A stretch of 51,270 nucleotides of DNA, taken from NCBI GenBank assembly GCA_043820105.1, contig JBDREC010000064.1, positions 1 to 51,270 on the forward strand, given 5' to 3'. The position numbers and the translations under genes are program-made. The DNA comes from Pseudomonadota bacterium. GTDB lineage: Bacteria; Bdellovibrionota_F; JAHFAK01; JBDREC01. Shown here piece by piece: positions 9,554 through 20,300 of the stretch; the first letter of the stretch is position 1, and each line of letters begins with the position of its first letter. Under the pieces are notes generated by a model. It had not been told where the DNA came from, made no database searches, and saw nothing but the letters and a program-made list of their open reading frames with translations.

Positions 9554-12500
9554 ATGAGAGTAAAACAACTAGAAATTAATGGATTTAAGTCTTTTGCTGA
9601 TCTCACAACTTTTCAATTCGATATGCCAATAACCGCAATTGTTGGACCCAATGGCTGTGGAAAAAGCAATGTTGTTGACGCAATTAAATGGGTGCTCGGA
9701 GAAGGTAGTTTAAAAAGTTTGAGGGGGAATTCAAAAGAAGACATCATTTTTGGTGGTAATGATACATCAAAATCAAAAAACATGGCTGAAGTTTCAATTA
9801 TTTTTGAACAAACTGGAGCAAATAATTTAAGGCTATTTGGTGATGCTAATGAGCTTTCTGTTTCCAGAAAGATGTACAGAGATGGAGAATCACAGTTTTT
9901 CATAAACAAGGTTCCATGCAGACTTAAGGATATTCAAAATCTTTTTATGGATACAGGAATTGGCACTTCAAGTTATTCAATCATTGAGCAGGAAAATGTT
10001 AACTTTCTTATTAATGCCAAACCAGAAGAAAGAAGATGCTTTATAGAAGAAGCAGCTGGAATAACAAGGTTTAAGCAAAACAGAAAAGAAGCACTTAATA
10101 AACTCAAAGCAACATCTTTTAATCTTTCACGAGTTGAGGATATATTAAAAGAAGTTGAAGAAAGAAGAGTTATTTTAAAAGAGCAGTCTGAAAATGCAAT
10201 TGCATATAAACAAGATAAAGATGAAATTGAACAACTTGATTTTGAAATAGCTTCTGTAAATTTGTTTAGGTGGCAGGAAAAGATTGAAAAGCTTAGAAAA
10301 GATGAAGAAGAAACTGCAACTAAATTAATAGATCTAGTTTCACAATTTGCTGTTTTAGAATCTAATTTAGAAAAAATTAAACTTGATAAAGTTGAGAAAG
10401 ACAATGAAATAGAAACTTACAAAGAAGTATTTCATGATAAAAAAGAAAAGTTAACCGGGCTTGATTCGAAAGTAGATTGGTTAAATAGTGAAATCCAACA
10501 ATGTATTACAACTCTTACAGAAAAGGAAAGGCAAATTGAAAAACTTGAACATTTAAAAGTTGAAAATAGTCAGAAAGTATCAAGTTTTGAATATGAAGCA
10601 GAAAAGCTATGTGAAACTATCAAAGCTTATTCTTCTGATATTACAGTTATTAGACAAGACATGAATATGGCTAGCCATAGGCTTAATAATTATTCAGAAA
10701 ACTTTAACAAAGTTAACACCCAATTTAATGATGTTGTAAGGAAACGAAATCATGATGAATCTAATTTTACTGTAATTACACATAAAATTGATGATAGTGA
10801 TAAAAGAAAAGAAGAGTACTCAAATCGTCTCATGAAAATAAAAGAAGAATTGAGTATTCACCAAGGTAAAAAAGAAGAGTTTGATTTACTTGTTAAAAAT
10901 CTAAATGAAAAAATTACTCTTTGTAATAATGAAAAAGCTGACACCCTTGATAATGTTAATAAATACAAAGAAGAACTAGCTCTTGTAATAAGCAATATTT
11001 CCTCAGATCAAGAAGAATTGACAAAGATTTCAGAGAAAATATCAATTCTGCAAGATTTTGAAAAAAATCTTAAAGGCTATGATGATTCTGTAAAAGAAGC
11101 TCTCAAATCAATAGGTTCTAAATATGATTGCAATCCTATCGCAAGATTAATTAATGTTGAAGATATATATGATGAAGTTATCTATGCAGCTTTAGAACAT
11201 AAACTTCAATATCTAATGATAAATGATAAGGAAAATATTGGAAATATTTTAAATGATCTTTCAAATATTGAAGGAAGAGTTGGTCTTGTTTTTAATGTGC
11301 AAGAGTCGCACCTTGAATTTGCTCACTTTCATCTTCCGGGTGTTATTGGAAGACTTTCTGACTTAGTTGAATTTTCTACTGATGAAAGGATTTCTGCTAT
11401 AAGAAACCTTTTAAGTGAAGTTATTGTTGTTGATAACAAAGATGTCGCTTATGATCTCATGAAAAGAGATAAGTCTTTTGTTTATATAACACTAAAAGGA
11501 GAAGTCTTTGATCCTTGCGGCTTCCTGGTTTGTGGAAAAACAAATGAAGTGAATAAATCGATTTTTACTTATCATCGGGAAATTGAAAAACTTTCTTCTA
11601 AAAGAGAAAAATATAAAAAACAGCTTGAACAATTCAATGAAAGTAAAAATATTATACAAGACGATTTGTTTACATTAAATAGCAAAATTGATAATCTTAA
11701 CCAACAACTAAGTGAGCACATTGAAAAGAAGCAAGCTGCTACAAATGAGCTTTTTAAATTTAATGAAGCTATTAGAATGCTAAATGAAAAAGCAGAAGAA
11801 ATCGAAATAAATATTATTAATTTTGAAGCCTATGAAATTGAGTTAGGTATTGATCTTGAAAAACTCAAAGCCACATTGATTTCAGGCTATGTTGATGGAA
11901 CAATGTTCATGCAAAAAATTGATCAATCAAATAAGCAAATGGAGGTTGTGAAAAACGATAAAAATACTTTACAAGAGAAATTAAATAGACTTGAACTTGA
12001 TAACGCCAAAAAAACTGAAGAACAGAAGACCTATGTTTTTAAAATTAACGAACTACATGAGTCAATGAATAGAATAGATGAACAGCAAAAAGAATACAAA
12101 GATGATATTGATAATTTAAATATAAAGAAAGAGACAAAAGATATAGAACTTCGGAAAATTATTAATTCTAAAAATAATGTCCAAAAAGAAATCGAAGATT
12201 TGAGAAATAAGATTGTAGACATTGAATCAGAAGCTGCAAAAATTAGTCAATCCATGGAAGATAATGGTGTGGAAAAAGAAAGGCTAGTTGAATACAGAGC
12301 TTCAATGTCTGAAAAAAGAATAAAGATTCAAGGTGATGTTGAGCAGACTCTGGTGAAAAGCAATCTTGAAGGGGAAAATATTTTCAACCACTATTCAAGG
12401 GAAGTAAAAGCATGTGAACCTTCTAAAGAATTTACCATGAAAAATGCAAAAGATCGAATAAATACCTTAAAAGAAGGTCTTATTGAATATGGTGAAGTTA

Positions 12501-13105
12501 ACCTTGCAGCCATTGAAGAATTCAAGCAAGTTGAGGAAAGATTTGTTTTTCTATCTTCTCAAAAAGAAGATTTGATTACATCCATTGATTCCTTAAAAGC
12601 AGCCATTAAAAATATTAATAGAGTTAGTAGGATTAAATTTAGAGAAGCATTTGATAAAATTAATGAACAATTTAATATTTGTTTTACAGAAGTATTTGGA
12701 GGCGGTGAAGCTTATCTAAAACTTGAAGATGATCAAGATCCTTTGGAAGCAGGTGTTGATGTTTTTGTTCAACCTCCTGGAAAGAAAATCGGAAGAGTTT
12801 CATTGTTATCAGGTGGTGAAAAAGCATTAAGTGCTTTTTCTCTAATGATGGCTGTTTTTAAATATAAGACTGTTCCATTTTGTTTTATGGATGAGGTTGA
12901 CGCTCCTTTAGATGAAGCTAACATTGGAAAATTCTGTAATATTGTTAAAAAACTTTCCAAAGATATTCAGGTTATTATGATTACTCATAATAAAAATACA
13001 ATGTCTGTTTCTGATACACTATTTGGAATTACAATGGAAAGAAAAGGTGTTTCTAAGTTGGTTACTGCAAAGTTTAAAAAAAATGGAATAAGTGAGGCTG
13101 CATAG
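9554..13105 (+). CDS. smc: Chromosome segregation protein SMC
   Basis: GFKSF, GPNGCGKSN Walker A, long coiled coils with a hinge, LSGGE signature, DEVDAPLD Walker B/D-loop. Confidence 0.97.
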   Translation: MRVKQLEINGFKSFADLTTFQFDMPITAIVGPNGCGKSNVVDAIKWVLGEGSLKSLRGNSKEDIIFGGNDTSKSKNMAEVSIIFEQTGANNLRLFGDANELSVSRKMYRDGESQFFINKVPCRLKDIQNLFMDTGIGTSSYSIIEQENVNFLINAKPEERRCFIEEAAGITRFKQNRKEALNKLKATSFNLSRVEDILKEVEERRVILKEQSENAIAYKQDKDEIEQLDFEIASVNLFRWQEKIEKLRKDEEETATKLIDLVSQFAVLESNLEKIKLDKVEKDNEIETYKEVFHDKKEKLTGLDSKVDWLNSEIQQCITTLTEKERQIEKLEHLKVENSQKVSSFEYEAEKLCETIKAYSSDITVIRQDMNMASHRLNNYSENFNKVNTQFNDVVRKRNHDESNFTVITHKIDDSDKRKEEYSNRLMKIKEELSIHQGKKEEFDLLVKNLNEKITLCNNEKADTLDNVNKYKEELALVISNISSDQEELTKISEKISILQDFEKNLKGYDDSVKEALKSIGSKYDCNPIARLINVEDIYDEVIYAALEHKLQYLMINDKENIGNILNDLSNIEGRVGLVFNVQESHLEFAHFHLPGVIGRLSDLVEFSTDERISAIRNLLSEVIVVDNKDVAYDLMKRDKSFVYITLKGEVFDPCGFLVCGKTNEVNKSIFTYHREIEKLSSKREKYKKQLEQFNESKNIIQDDLFTLNSKIDNLNQQLSEHIEKKQAATNELFKFNEAIRMLNEKAEEIEINIINFEAYEIELGIDLEKLKATLISGYVDGTMFMQKIDQSNKQMEVVKNDKNTLQEKLNRLELDNAKKTEEQKTYVFKINELHESMNRIDEQQKEYKDDIDNLNIKKETKDIELRKIINSKNNVQKEIEDLRNKIVDIESEAAKISQSMEDNGVEKERLVEYRASMSEKRIKIQGDVEQTLVKSNLEGENIFNHYSREVKACEPSKEFTMKNAKDRINTLKEGLIEYGEVNLAAIEEFKQVEERFVFLSSQKEDLITSIDSLKAAIKNINRVSRIKFREAFDKINEQFNICFTEVFGGGEAYLKLEDDQDPLEAGVDVFVQPPGKKIGRVSLLSGGEKALSAFSLMMAVFKYKTVPFCFMDEVDAPLDEANIGKFCNIVKKLSKDIQVIMITHNKNTMSVSDTLFGITMERKGVSKLVTAKFKKNGISEAA

Positions 13106-13106
13106 T

Positions 13107-14339
13107 ATGGATGTTTTTATTGAAAAAGTATTGATGTTTTTTGATGAGATTTTTCTAATCTTATATGGTTGTGAGAAGTTTGTATATTCAGAGTTTCTTT
13201 TTCGCCATATTTCAGTTGTGCTTTTTTTCCTATCTTCTTTCTTGTTTATTATTTCTTTAATCTGTTATTTTATAATAAGAAATAAAAAATATAAACCTCT
13301 TTTTGGTCAAAGTAAAATTCCAAAAGATCATACTCCTAAAATAACTGTCAAAGTTTCAGTAGAAGCAAAAGATAAGCTTGATGAGGTCGCTAGCCTTGAT
13401 ATTTCAGGAGAATCAACTTTCAATAAATTGGTTTCAGGACTTTCAAAGACCAGGAGTTTTTTCACTTCACGTTTAAATGAATTGCTAGGGCAGGGTAGTA
13501 AAGTTGATGATGAATTGTTTGAGAAATTGGAAGAGGTGCTTATAACATCTGATATAGGTGTTTCTGCTACTGATGCTTTAATTAGTTCTATTCGCGAATA
13601 TGCGAAGCAAAATGAAAACCCTCCAATAGATGATTTGAAAATGATTTTAAAAACAAAAATTAAGTCTATTTTGAATGTTGAAACTCAAAATGAAAGTGCT
13701 TTGGAGATTGATCAAGCAGCTACAAATGCCATGAAAATTTTAGTAGTAGTTGGAGTAAATGGATCAGGCAAAACAACAACCATTGCTAAACTTGCTAATA
13801 AAATCAAAGCCAAACAGGAGAAGGTTTTGCTCGTCGCTGCTGATACTTATAGGGCAGCTGCTATCCAGCAGCTTGAAATATGGGCTCAAAGGATTGGCGT
13901 TGAAATATCAAAAGGCAAAGAAGGCGCAGATCCATCATCTGTAATTTTTGATGCCTTGAAAAAAGCAAAAGATGAAGCATTTGATACTGTAATAATTGAT
14001 ACAGCTGGGAGGCTGCACACTAAAATAAATTTAATGGAAGAATTATCAAAGATCTTTCGTGTTATTCAAAAAGCAAATCCTGAAAGCATTTTAAAAACTG
14101 CATTGGTGATTGATTCAACAAATGGTCAAAATGCCATCGTGCAAGCAAAAGAATTTAAAAAAGCATCTAATGTTGATTTTATTATACTCACTAAGCTTGA
14201 TGGTACAGCTAAAGGCGGGGTGATTGTTTCTATAGCTGAGCAACTAAAAATCCCAATAAAATATATTGGAATAGGTGAGAAAATGGATGATCTTAGAGAT
14301 TTTATTTCTGAGGATTTTGTTGAAGCTCTATTTAGTTGA
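13107..14339 (+). CDS. ftsY: Signal recognition particle receptor FtsY with N-terminal TM segment
   Basis: GVNGSGKTTT, DTYRAAA, DTAGR, TKLDGTAKGG, IGIGE. The ATG at 13107 (GAGG RBS) is preferred over the GTG at 13092. Confidence 0.95.
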   Translation: MDVFIEKVLMFFDEIFLILYGCEKFVYSEFLFRHISVVLFFLSSFLFIISLICYFIIRNKKYKPLFGQSKIPKDHTPKITVKVSVEAKDKLDEVASLDISGESTFNKLVSGLSKTRSFFTSRLNELLGQGSKVDDELFEKLEEVLITSDIGVSATDALISSIREYAKQNENPPIDDLKMILKTKIKSILNVETQNESALEIDQAATNAMKILVVVGVNGSGKTTTIAKLANKIKAKQEKVLLVAADTYRAAAIQQLEIWAQRIGVEISKGKEGADPSSVIFDALKKAKDEAFDTVIIDTAGRLHTKINLMEELSKIFRVIQKANPESILKTALVIDSTNGQNAIVQAKEFKKASNVDFIILTKLDGTAKGGVIVSIAEQLKIPIKYIGIGEKMDDLRDFISEDFVEALFS

Positions 14340-14388
14340 TTGATTTTTTATTTCTTTTTATTTAAAGTTTCTTCATAAAATGTGACAC

Positions 14389-14414
14389 GTCATCCTGGAT
14401 TTGTTTCAGGATCT
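14389..14414. repeat. REP-like palindrome or hairpin downstream of ftsY
   Basis: GTCATCCTGGATTTGTTTCAGGATCT with ATCCTG/CAGGAT arms; GC-richer than its surroundings. Confidence 0.4.
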
Positions 14415-14470
14415 ACTGAGCTAATTAGCAATTTAATTTTATACATTTAATTATTCTAAAGGACTAAGAT

Positions 14471-15586
14471 ATGTTTGCAGACACCAGATATGAAAAATTA
14501 GCAAAAGTTATGGTAAATTATTCTGTTAATGTTAAAGAAGGTGATTTATGCCAAATAAAGGGTTCATCACTTGCAACCCCACTAATTCAAGTTTTGTACA
14601 AAGAGATTTTAAAAGCTGGGGGATATCCAGTTACAAATGTAAGGCTTCCAGGAATTCATGAAATATTTTTAAAAACCGCCTCCAAAAAGCAGCTTTCAAG
14701 AATGAGCGAAATTGAATATTATATTATTGATAATATTACAAAGAGCTTTACTATTTTAGGATCTGAGAACTCAAAGGAATTAACAACTTGTGATCCAAGT
14801 TCTTTGGCAATGTATAAAAAAGGTGCTGATTCAATAATCAGGCGCTATAATGAAAGATGGCAAAATGGAGAACTTAAATTTGTGGTAACATCTTTTCCTA
14901 CTCATTCATCTGCACAAGATTCAGAAATGAGCCTTGATGAGTTTTCAGATGTCTTTTTTGGCTCATGCTTTTTAGATAAAGATGATCCTGTTGCAGAATT
15001 TAAAAAACTTTCAAAAAAACAAGCTAAACTGGTTGATTTTCTAAAAGATAAGAAAAATGTTCACATAAAAGCCCCTAATACTGACCTGAAGTTGTCTATT
15101 GAAGGTGGAACCTTTGTTAACTCAGATGGGAAATATAACTTGCCTGACGGAGAGGTTTTTACTTGTCCAAAAGAAGGCTCAGCTAATGGCCACATTAATT
15201 TTTCATATCCTTTATGCTATGGTGGTAGAGAAGTTAGTGATGTGCATTTAGAAATCAAGGATGGAAGAATTATTGAGGCTAAAGCCTTTAAAGGTGAAGA
15301 ATACTTGTTGAAAATGTTAAATATAGATGATGGAGCTAGAAACATCGGTGAATTTGCCTTTGGAATGAATGAAAAAATAAATAAGTTCACAAAAGACGCC
15401 TTATTTGATGAAAAAATGGGTGGCACTATACACATAGCCGCTGGATATGGAATTCCCGAATCTGGTGGGAAAATTAATTCATCTCTTCACTGGGATATGA
15501 TTTGCGATTTAAGAAAAGATGGTGAAGTTTGGGTTGATGGTTATTTGCTTGTTAAGAATGGAAAGTATTGTATAGATTTGGAATAA
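14471..15586 (+). CDS. Aminopeptidase, M29 (AmpS/AmpT) family
   Basis: NLPDGEVFT, IGEFAFG, LFDEKMGGTIHIAAG and SSLHWD motifs. Confidence 0.93.
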   Translation: MFADTRYEKLAKVMVNYSVNVKEGDLCQIKGSSLATPLIQVLYKEILKAGGYPVTNVRLPGIHEIFLKTASKKQLSRMSEIEYYIIDNITKSFTILGSENSKELTTCDPSSLAMYKKGADSIIRRYNERWQNGELKFVVTSFPTHSSAQDSEMSLDEFSDVFFGSCFLDKDDPVAEFKKLSKKQAKLVDFLKDKKNVHIKAPNTDLKLSIEGGTFVNSDGKYNLPDGEVFTCPKEGSANGHINFSYPLCYGGREVSDVHLEIKDGRIIEAKAFKGEEYLLKMLNIDDGARNIGEFAFGMNEKINKFTKDALFDEKMGGTIHIAAGYGIPESGGKINSSLHWDMICDLRKDGEVWVDGYLLVKNGKYCIDLE

Positions 15587-15600
15587 ATTTTGTTGGTTAT

Positions 15601-16659
15601 TTAATTAATCGTTGAATTCTCATCGTTTTTTCTTAAAGCAAGTTGATTATCTGTAGATCTTATCATTTCCATTGATGTGTTAATGTTTTCACTTGGATAA
15701 GTTGAAAATCCAATCTTGATTTCAAGATTAACATCTTCTGAGTCGCTATATAGCTTTTCTCTTGGAGAAGTGATCTCTTCATCAGAAAGACCTTTGAAAC
15801 TAAAAGAATGAGTTTGCAACTTTTCTTTTAATCTTTCAGATAACACAAAAGCATCATCTAATTGTGTTTCAGTTAAAATTAGAAAAAATTCTTTTCCTCC
15901 ATATCTAAAAAGAATATCTGAATTTCTAATAGAACCTTTAATGATTTTTGAAACGTCCTTAATTATATTATTTGAAAATTGAATGCCGTATTTATTAAAG
16001 ATAGTATATAAATTGGTAATATCAATTAAAAGACAGGATAAAGGTCTTGTGTATCTTCTTGATCTATTTATTTCTTGGTCAAGCCTTTCACTTAAATAAT
16101 TCCTTTTTATAGTTCCAGTTAAATGATCTGTCATTGTTAGGTTTTCTAGAGAATCATTTAATTTGGAAAGATTGTTTTTTAGATTATTGATTTCAATCAT
16201 TGAAGCGAATTCATGGCAAATTAACTGCATTGTTTCATCTGTTAAAAGCCTTAATGGTTTATTTTTTGAGTATAATGACAAGATTGCGACAAGTTTATTT
16301 TCTGCAAGAATAACAGGATAACCATGATAATATTTTGAGTTAAATCTGTTCTCTGGTGGAAACTTATCATTAAGTTCCTTTAAAGAAAATTCAATTCCTA
16401 CTGGCTTAGTTTTAAACAGTACCATTGAAGAAGGAGATGTGAAAAATGGTATTGTTTTTTTGATATCATTATTAAGTTTTGGTGAGGTATAAATTCTTTC
16501 AAGCACTTCACAGTGATTTCTTTCAATTGCTACATGGTCTGCCTGAGTTCTTTCACGAATAATATCTAAAATTTTATCAAATTTTTCAGCTTGTGAAAAA
16601 GATGAGTTTAATACAAGGTCCAGAATTACATCTTTAAAATTTTTATTAAAAATACTCAT
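15601..16659 (-). CDS. GAF-like plus degenerate GGDEF domain protein (probable c-di-GMP receptor)
   Basis: TDHLTG and RYGGKEF (non-canonical active site); RNSD I-site five residues before GG; GGAGG RBS. Confidence 0.82.
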   Translation of the reverse strand: MSIFNKNFKDVILDLVLNSSFSQAEKFDKILDIIRERTQADHVAIERNHCEVLERIYTSPKLNNDIKKTIPFFTSPSSMVLFKTKPVGIEFSLKELNDKFPPENRFNSKYYHGYPVILAENKLVAILSLYSKNKPLRLLTDETMQLICHEFASMIEINNLKNNLSKLNDSLENLTMTDHLTGTIKRNYLSERLDQEINRSRRYTRPLSCLLIDITNLYTIFNKYGIQFSNNIIKDVSKIIKGSIRNSDILFRYGGKEFFLILTETQLDDAFVLSERLKEKLQTHSFSFKGLSDEEITSPREKLYSDSEDVNLEIKIGFSTYPSENINTSMEMIRSTDNQLALRKNDENSTIN

Positions 16660-16875
16660 ACGTCCCTCCTAAGTAGTATTATAAGGTATTTTCTAGTGTT
16701 TAGCAAAGAAATTGTCATAAAACCCTCAAATTATATGTATTTTAGCAAATTTGACCGATATTGCTTTTATAAATATTATAAAAAAAATTAATATTCAAGA
16801 AAATCTTTTGACAAACCTTTGCTTCATGATACTGTTAATTAACTTGTTATTTTAACATAACAAAGGAAGGTCAAT

Positions 16876-17352
16876 TTGAATAAAAGAGATCGCAAAGAAT
16901 ATAAAAATGAAATACAAAAAGACTTTGAAGCATATGAACAGGAACTAATTTATTTTAGGCAAAAATATCAAGAACAAATTACCTTAGCCCTAAATTATAT
17001 AAGAGATAATCTTCCAGAAAAATTGAAACTTAAAGAAATAGCCAAATATTCAGCTCTTTCACAATTTCACTTCAATAGAATATTCAAGAAAGTTATGCAA
17101 AAAACACCATTTGAATATATCACTGATAAAAGAATCAAAAAAGCCAAATCCTTACTAGAAAATCCCTGTCTAAACGTAACTGAAATCAGCATGCAGGTTG
17201 GTTTTGAATCTGTTCAATCTTTCTCAAATTTATTTCGAAAAAAAGTAGGTTTATCTCCTTCCCAATATAGAAAGAAAATATTGTTTAAGATGGAAGCTCA
17301 AGAAGGGAACAAGGAAATAATTCAAAATTCAAAATTCAAAACTCAAAATTAG
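16876..17352 (+). CDS. AraC-family transcriptional regulator (DNA-binding domain only)
   Basis: LSQFHFNRIFK and VGFESVQSFSNLFRKKVGLSPSQYR; TTG start after AAGGAAGG. Confidence 0.9.
   Translation: MNKRDRKEYKNEIQKDFEAYEQELIYFRQKYQEQITLALNYIRDNLPEKLKLKEIAKYSALSQFHFNRIFKKVMQKTPFEYITDKRIKKAKSLLENPCLNVTEISMQVGFESVQSFSNLFRKKVGLSPSQYRKKILFKMEAQEGNKEIIQNSKFKTQN
17303..17350. repeat. AAGGGAAC-type octamer plus (AATTCAA)x3, AACTCAA heptamers inside the AraC 3' end
   Basis: Same unit families as the arrays at 23157 and 2815-2841 (reverse complement). Confidence 0.7.
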
Positions 17353-17355
17353 GAC

Positions 17356-20300
17356 TTATTCAATCACAAGCATTGGCCAATTATCATCAGGTGTCTTAAA
17401 ATCAATATTGCCTTCTTCATCAAGTTGATAACCCATGCTTCGTCCATCAATTCCTTTAAAGAATGAACCAACAAAAGGAACTGGTTGCATGATTTCGCCT
17501 TTGTCTCCGATTGTCGTGTATTCACCGATTAGTGTTGCAAGCTCGGCAATATCATCTGGGCTAACAGGTTTTTTCTCGCCAAGTAAATGGTCTATCCATT
17601 GACCATGAACTGAAAATGTTTCTGAAAAAGCAGTTGGATTGTCATGATGGACAGTATAGGCAACGGCTGATAAAATTTCAGCGTGTTCAATTCTTTCTTG
17701 AGCATTGTCTCTAATAACACCATTTTCCATATCAGACCTAACTTCTCCGATGAGTTCACTTATTAATACATCAAAGGCTTTTAGATTCTCAGGGTTCATT
17801 TTATTATCAAGCAGCTTTTCAGTTAAAGTCCTATAGCCATCTGCAAATGTATTTACTTTTGGCTTATGAGGTAGTGTTCTTTTTAAATAAGGAATTACAT
17901 TATGGTCTGAATTCCATGAATCAATTCCATTTGCCGAATACTCACTATCTCCTACCATAAATTCCATTAGCTTATCTGTATCACCTTCCAATGCATCATC
18001 AAAATGTGGCCACCAAAGGCTTGATTTAGCGTATATTCGCGTCCAATTGGTAATATAAGGGTCAACTATCATTCTTGGTAAAAAGTCAACAATGACCGCT
18101 CCAAATTTATCAACCCCAAGAGTACCTTTGATCATTGTTCTTGGGAATAAAATTGGAGTTCTATAAAAGGTCCATTTTGCATATCCTTCACCATCACCAA
18201 AAATAATATATTCGCCTCTAATGTAATCATATGAGGTTCCAATAACAGGATCATGTAAAATTGCAAAAGCTGCTAAGCCCGTTGCATTTAATTTAGCATC
18301 TGCTATAATGGCGATTTCGGTTTGTCCATTCTTGAAAAGTTGTCCGTAATTAGTATGACCGCCTTTTGACAATAATGAAGCCACTTGCCTTTGTTCTTGT
18401 GCTGATAGGCTAGCTACAACTTTTGATCCTCTAAGGATATCACCGCTTGCACTAACTGTTATATTACATTTAAAAGGATGTGTGTATTTTAACAGCTTAC
18501 TTAGTGTTGATCTTTCCTGAGGATCGATGTTTGCAAATACTCTTGAGGCTGATGCAAAACCATTACTTTTTAATACAATTGATTTGACAAATTTGTTGTC
18601 AAAATTTCTAGCAATTGAGTAATAAAGTGCTTTTCCTCTAACCTGACCAACTGACCAACCAGAAGTATATTTTAGTCCAATTCTAGCCCAATCAGCTTCC
18701 AGAAAATTTTTATTTCCACTCGTCCACATTGTGTACATATCTAAAATTCTATCAGAAATAAAATATAATCTCTGACCACTTGGTCTTAGGCCTAAAAAGT
18801 GAATTGGAAATCTGTTTCCAGCTGCTAGTGCTAATCCCAGACCACCAACAATACTGAGCTGAGGTGTTTTTTCAATACCATTTTCTTCAAACCATTCTTC
18901 ATCCATTACAAATTGTTGATAAGTAAAATCTCCAACAAGCATAGGGACTGATATTTTTTCTGCATTTCCAACAATTACGTTAAATGGAAAGCTGATAACA
19001 CCTTTTGTTCCTGCAAACTTCATGGCTCCATCAACAGGATCAAACCATCCATATCTTACAAGTAGTCTGTTCCAGAAAGTATTTTTAAATGTTTCAGCAT
19101 CAAGAGACATAACAGGATCATATCTAGTTTTAAATTCATTTCCTATCATGAATCTGCCGAATTTAGCTCTGAATTGTGGAGATTGAATTAGTCGAATTCC
19201 TGTGCCCCCTGTTAACAATAGAGCTCCAGCTACTCCTGCAATAGTGTCAATATGATAATCTGCATCCCAATCTATTTCAACAGAAGGTATAGTCCTTCTT
19301 TTTCCAGAATCATCGCGCTTTCTTTCAATGGATATATTATCAATTGAAAAATAATCAGCAGCCATTAAAATTCCACCAGCATAAATTGCTTTTGTACCGT
19401 TAGGCAGGTATATAAATCTGGAAAAAATTGATTTAGAAATCTGTTGTCCAGCTTTTTCAGCTACTACTCGCTCAGCTGTTGGTAGTCCTCCCATTAAATC
19501 AAAACCAGTTAATGCAATATCAAATGAAAGGGCACTTGTTATTGCTTGGTTAACAACAGCTAAACCCATTTTTGTAATTCCAAGGCCAACTCTGCCATAA
19601 AAGCCACCGAAAATATACTCAAGAGCTGTTGAAAGGGCTGCACCACTTCTGTATCTTTCTGCTTCTTGAGCTGAAACAAGGGAAATGCCTGCTTGTCTTG
19701 CTCTTTGAATCTCAGGTGCATGCTCTCTAAGTCTTTTATTTATGTTGTATTTATTCATAGAGCCAGCTGCTAAACCACCACCAACGAAGGCTCCAACTTC
19801 ACAAGCTCCAGTTGCAAAGGCAGGGTTTTTGGTTGCGACTAAGGTGGTTCCACCTGCGATTGCACAACCAGCGACTCCTCCGCCCATTCCAGCTCCAATA
19901 TTAATAAAAATGTATTTAATTTCTTCTGTTGTCATGAACATTGCTTCTTCGCGACTAGCTGCTTCCAGGCCAATATCTTCTTTTGAAAAATCCTGACCAA
20001 TTAATAGGCAGTTTCCTGAAAAGTGCTGTGGATATAAATTATTCAAAGCAAAAAGATTTGCTTTTATTGTTTCTGTATTTCCATAATTATCAATTAAAAA
20101 TGGAAGTTGAACATTTATTGCATTAGGGTAATCATGAAGAGCCATGGTACCATGATAGTATAATCTTAATGCTAAAGTTGCTTCCATCTCATAAAATGGA
20201 TTGCCTTCTTCTTCTATTACATATGGGCCTAGTGCGTAATTTGTAATTTTATTAAAACGGTTACTTATTATTTCAAACCTTTTTTGCGCGTCATCGCCTG

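Noticed and set aside
16712-16729. E. coli-type Pho box TTGTCATAAAACCCTCAA between the GGDEF and AraC genes
   Set aside because: Second half-site is poor and the neighbours have no phosphate link.
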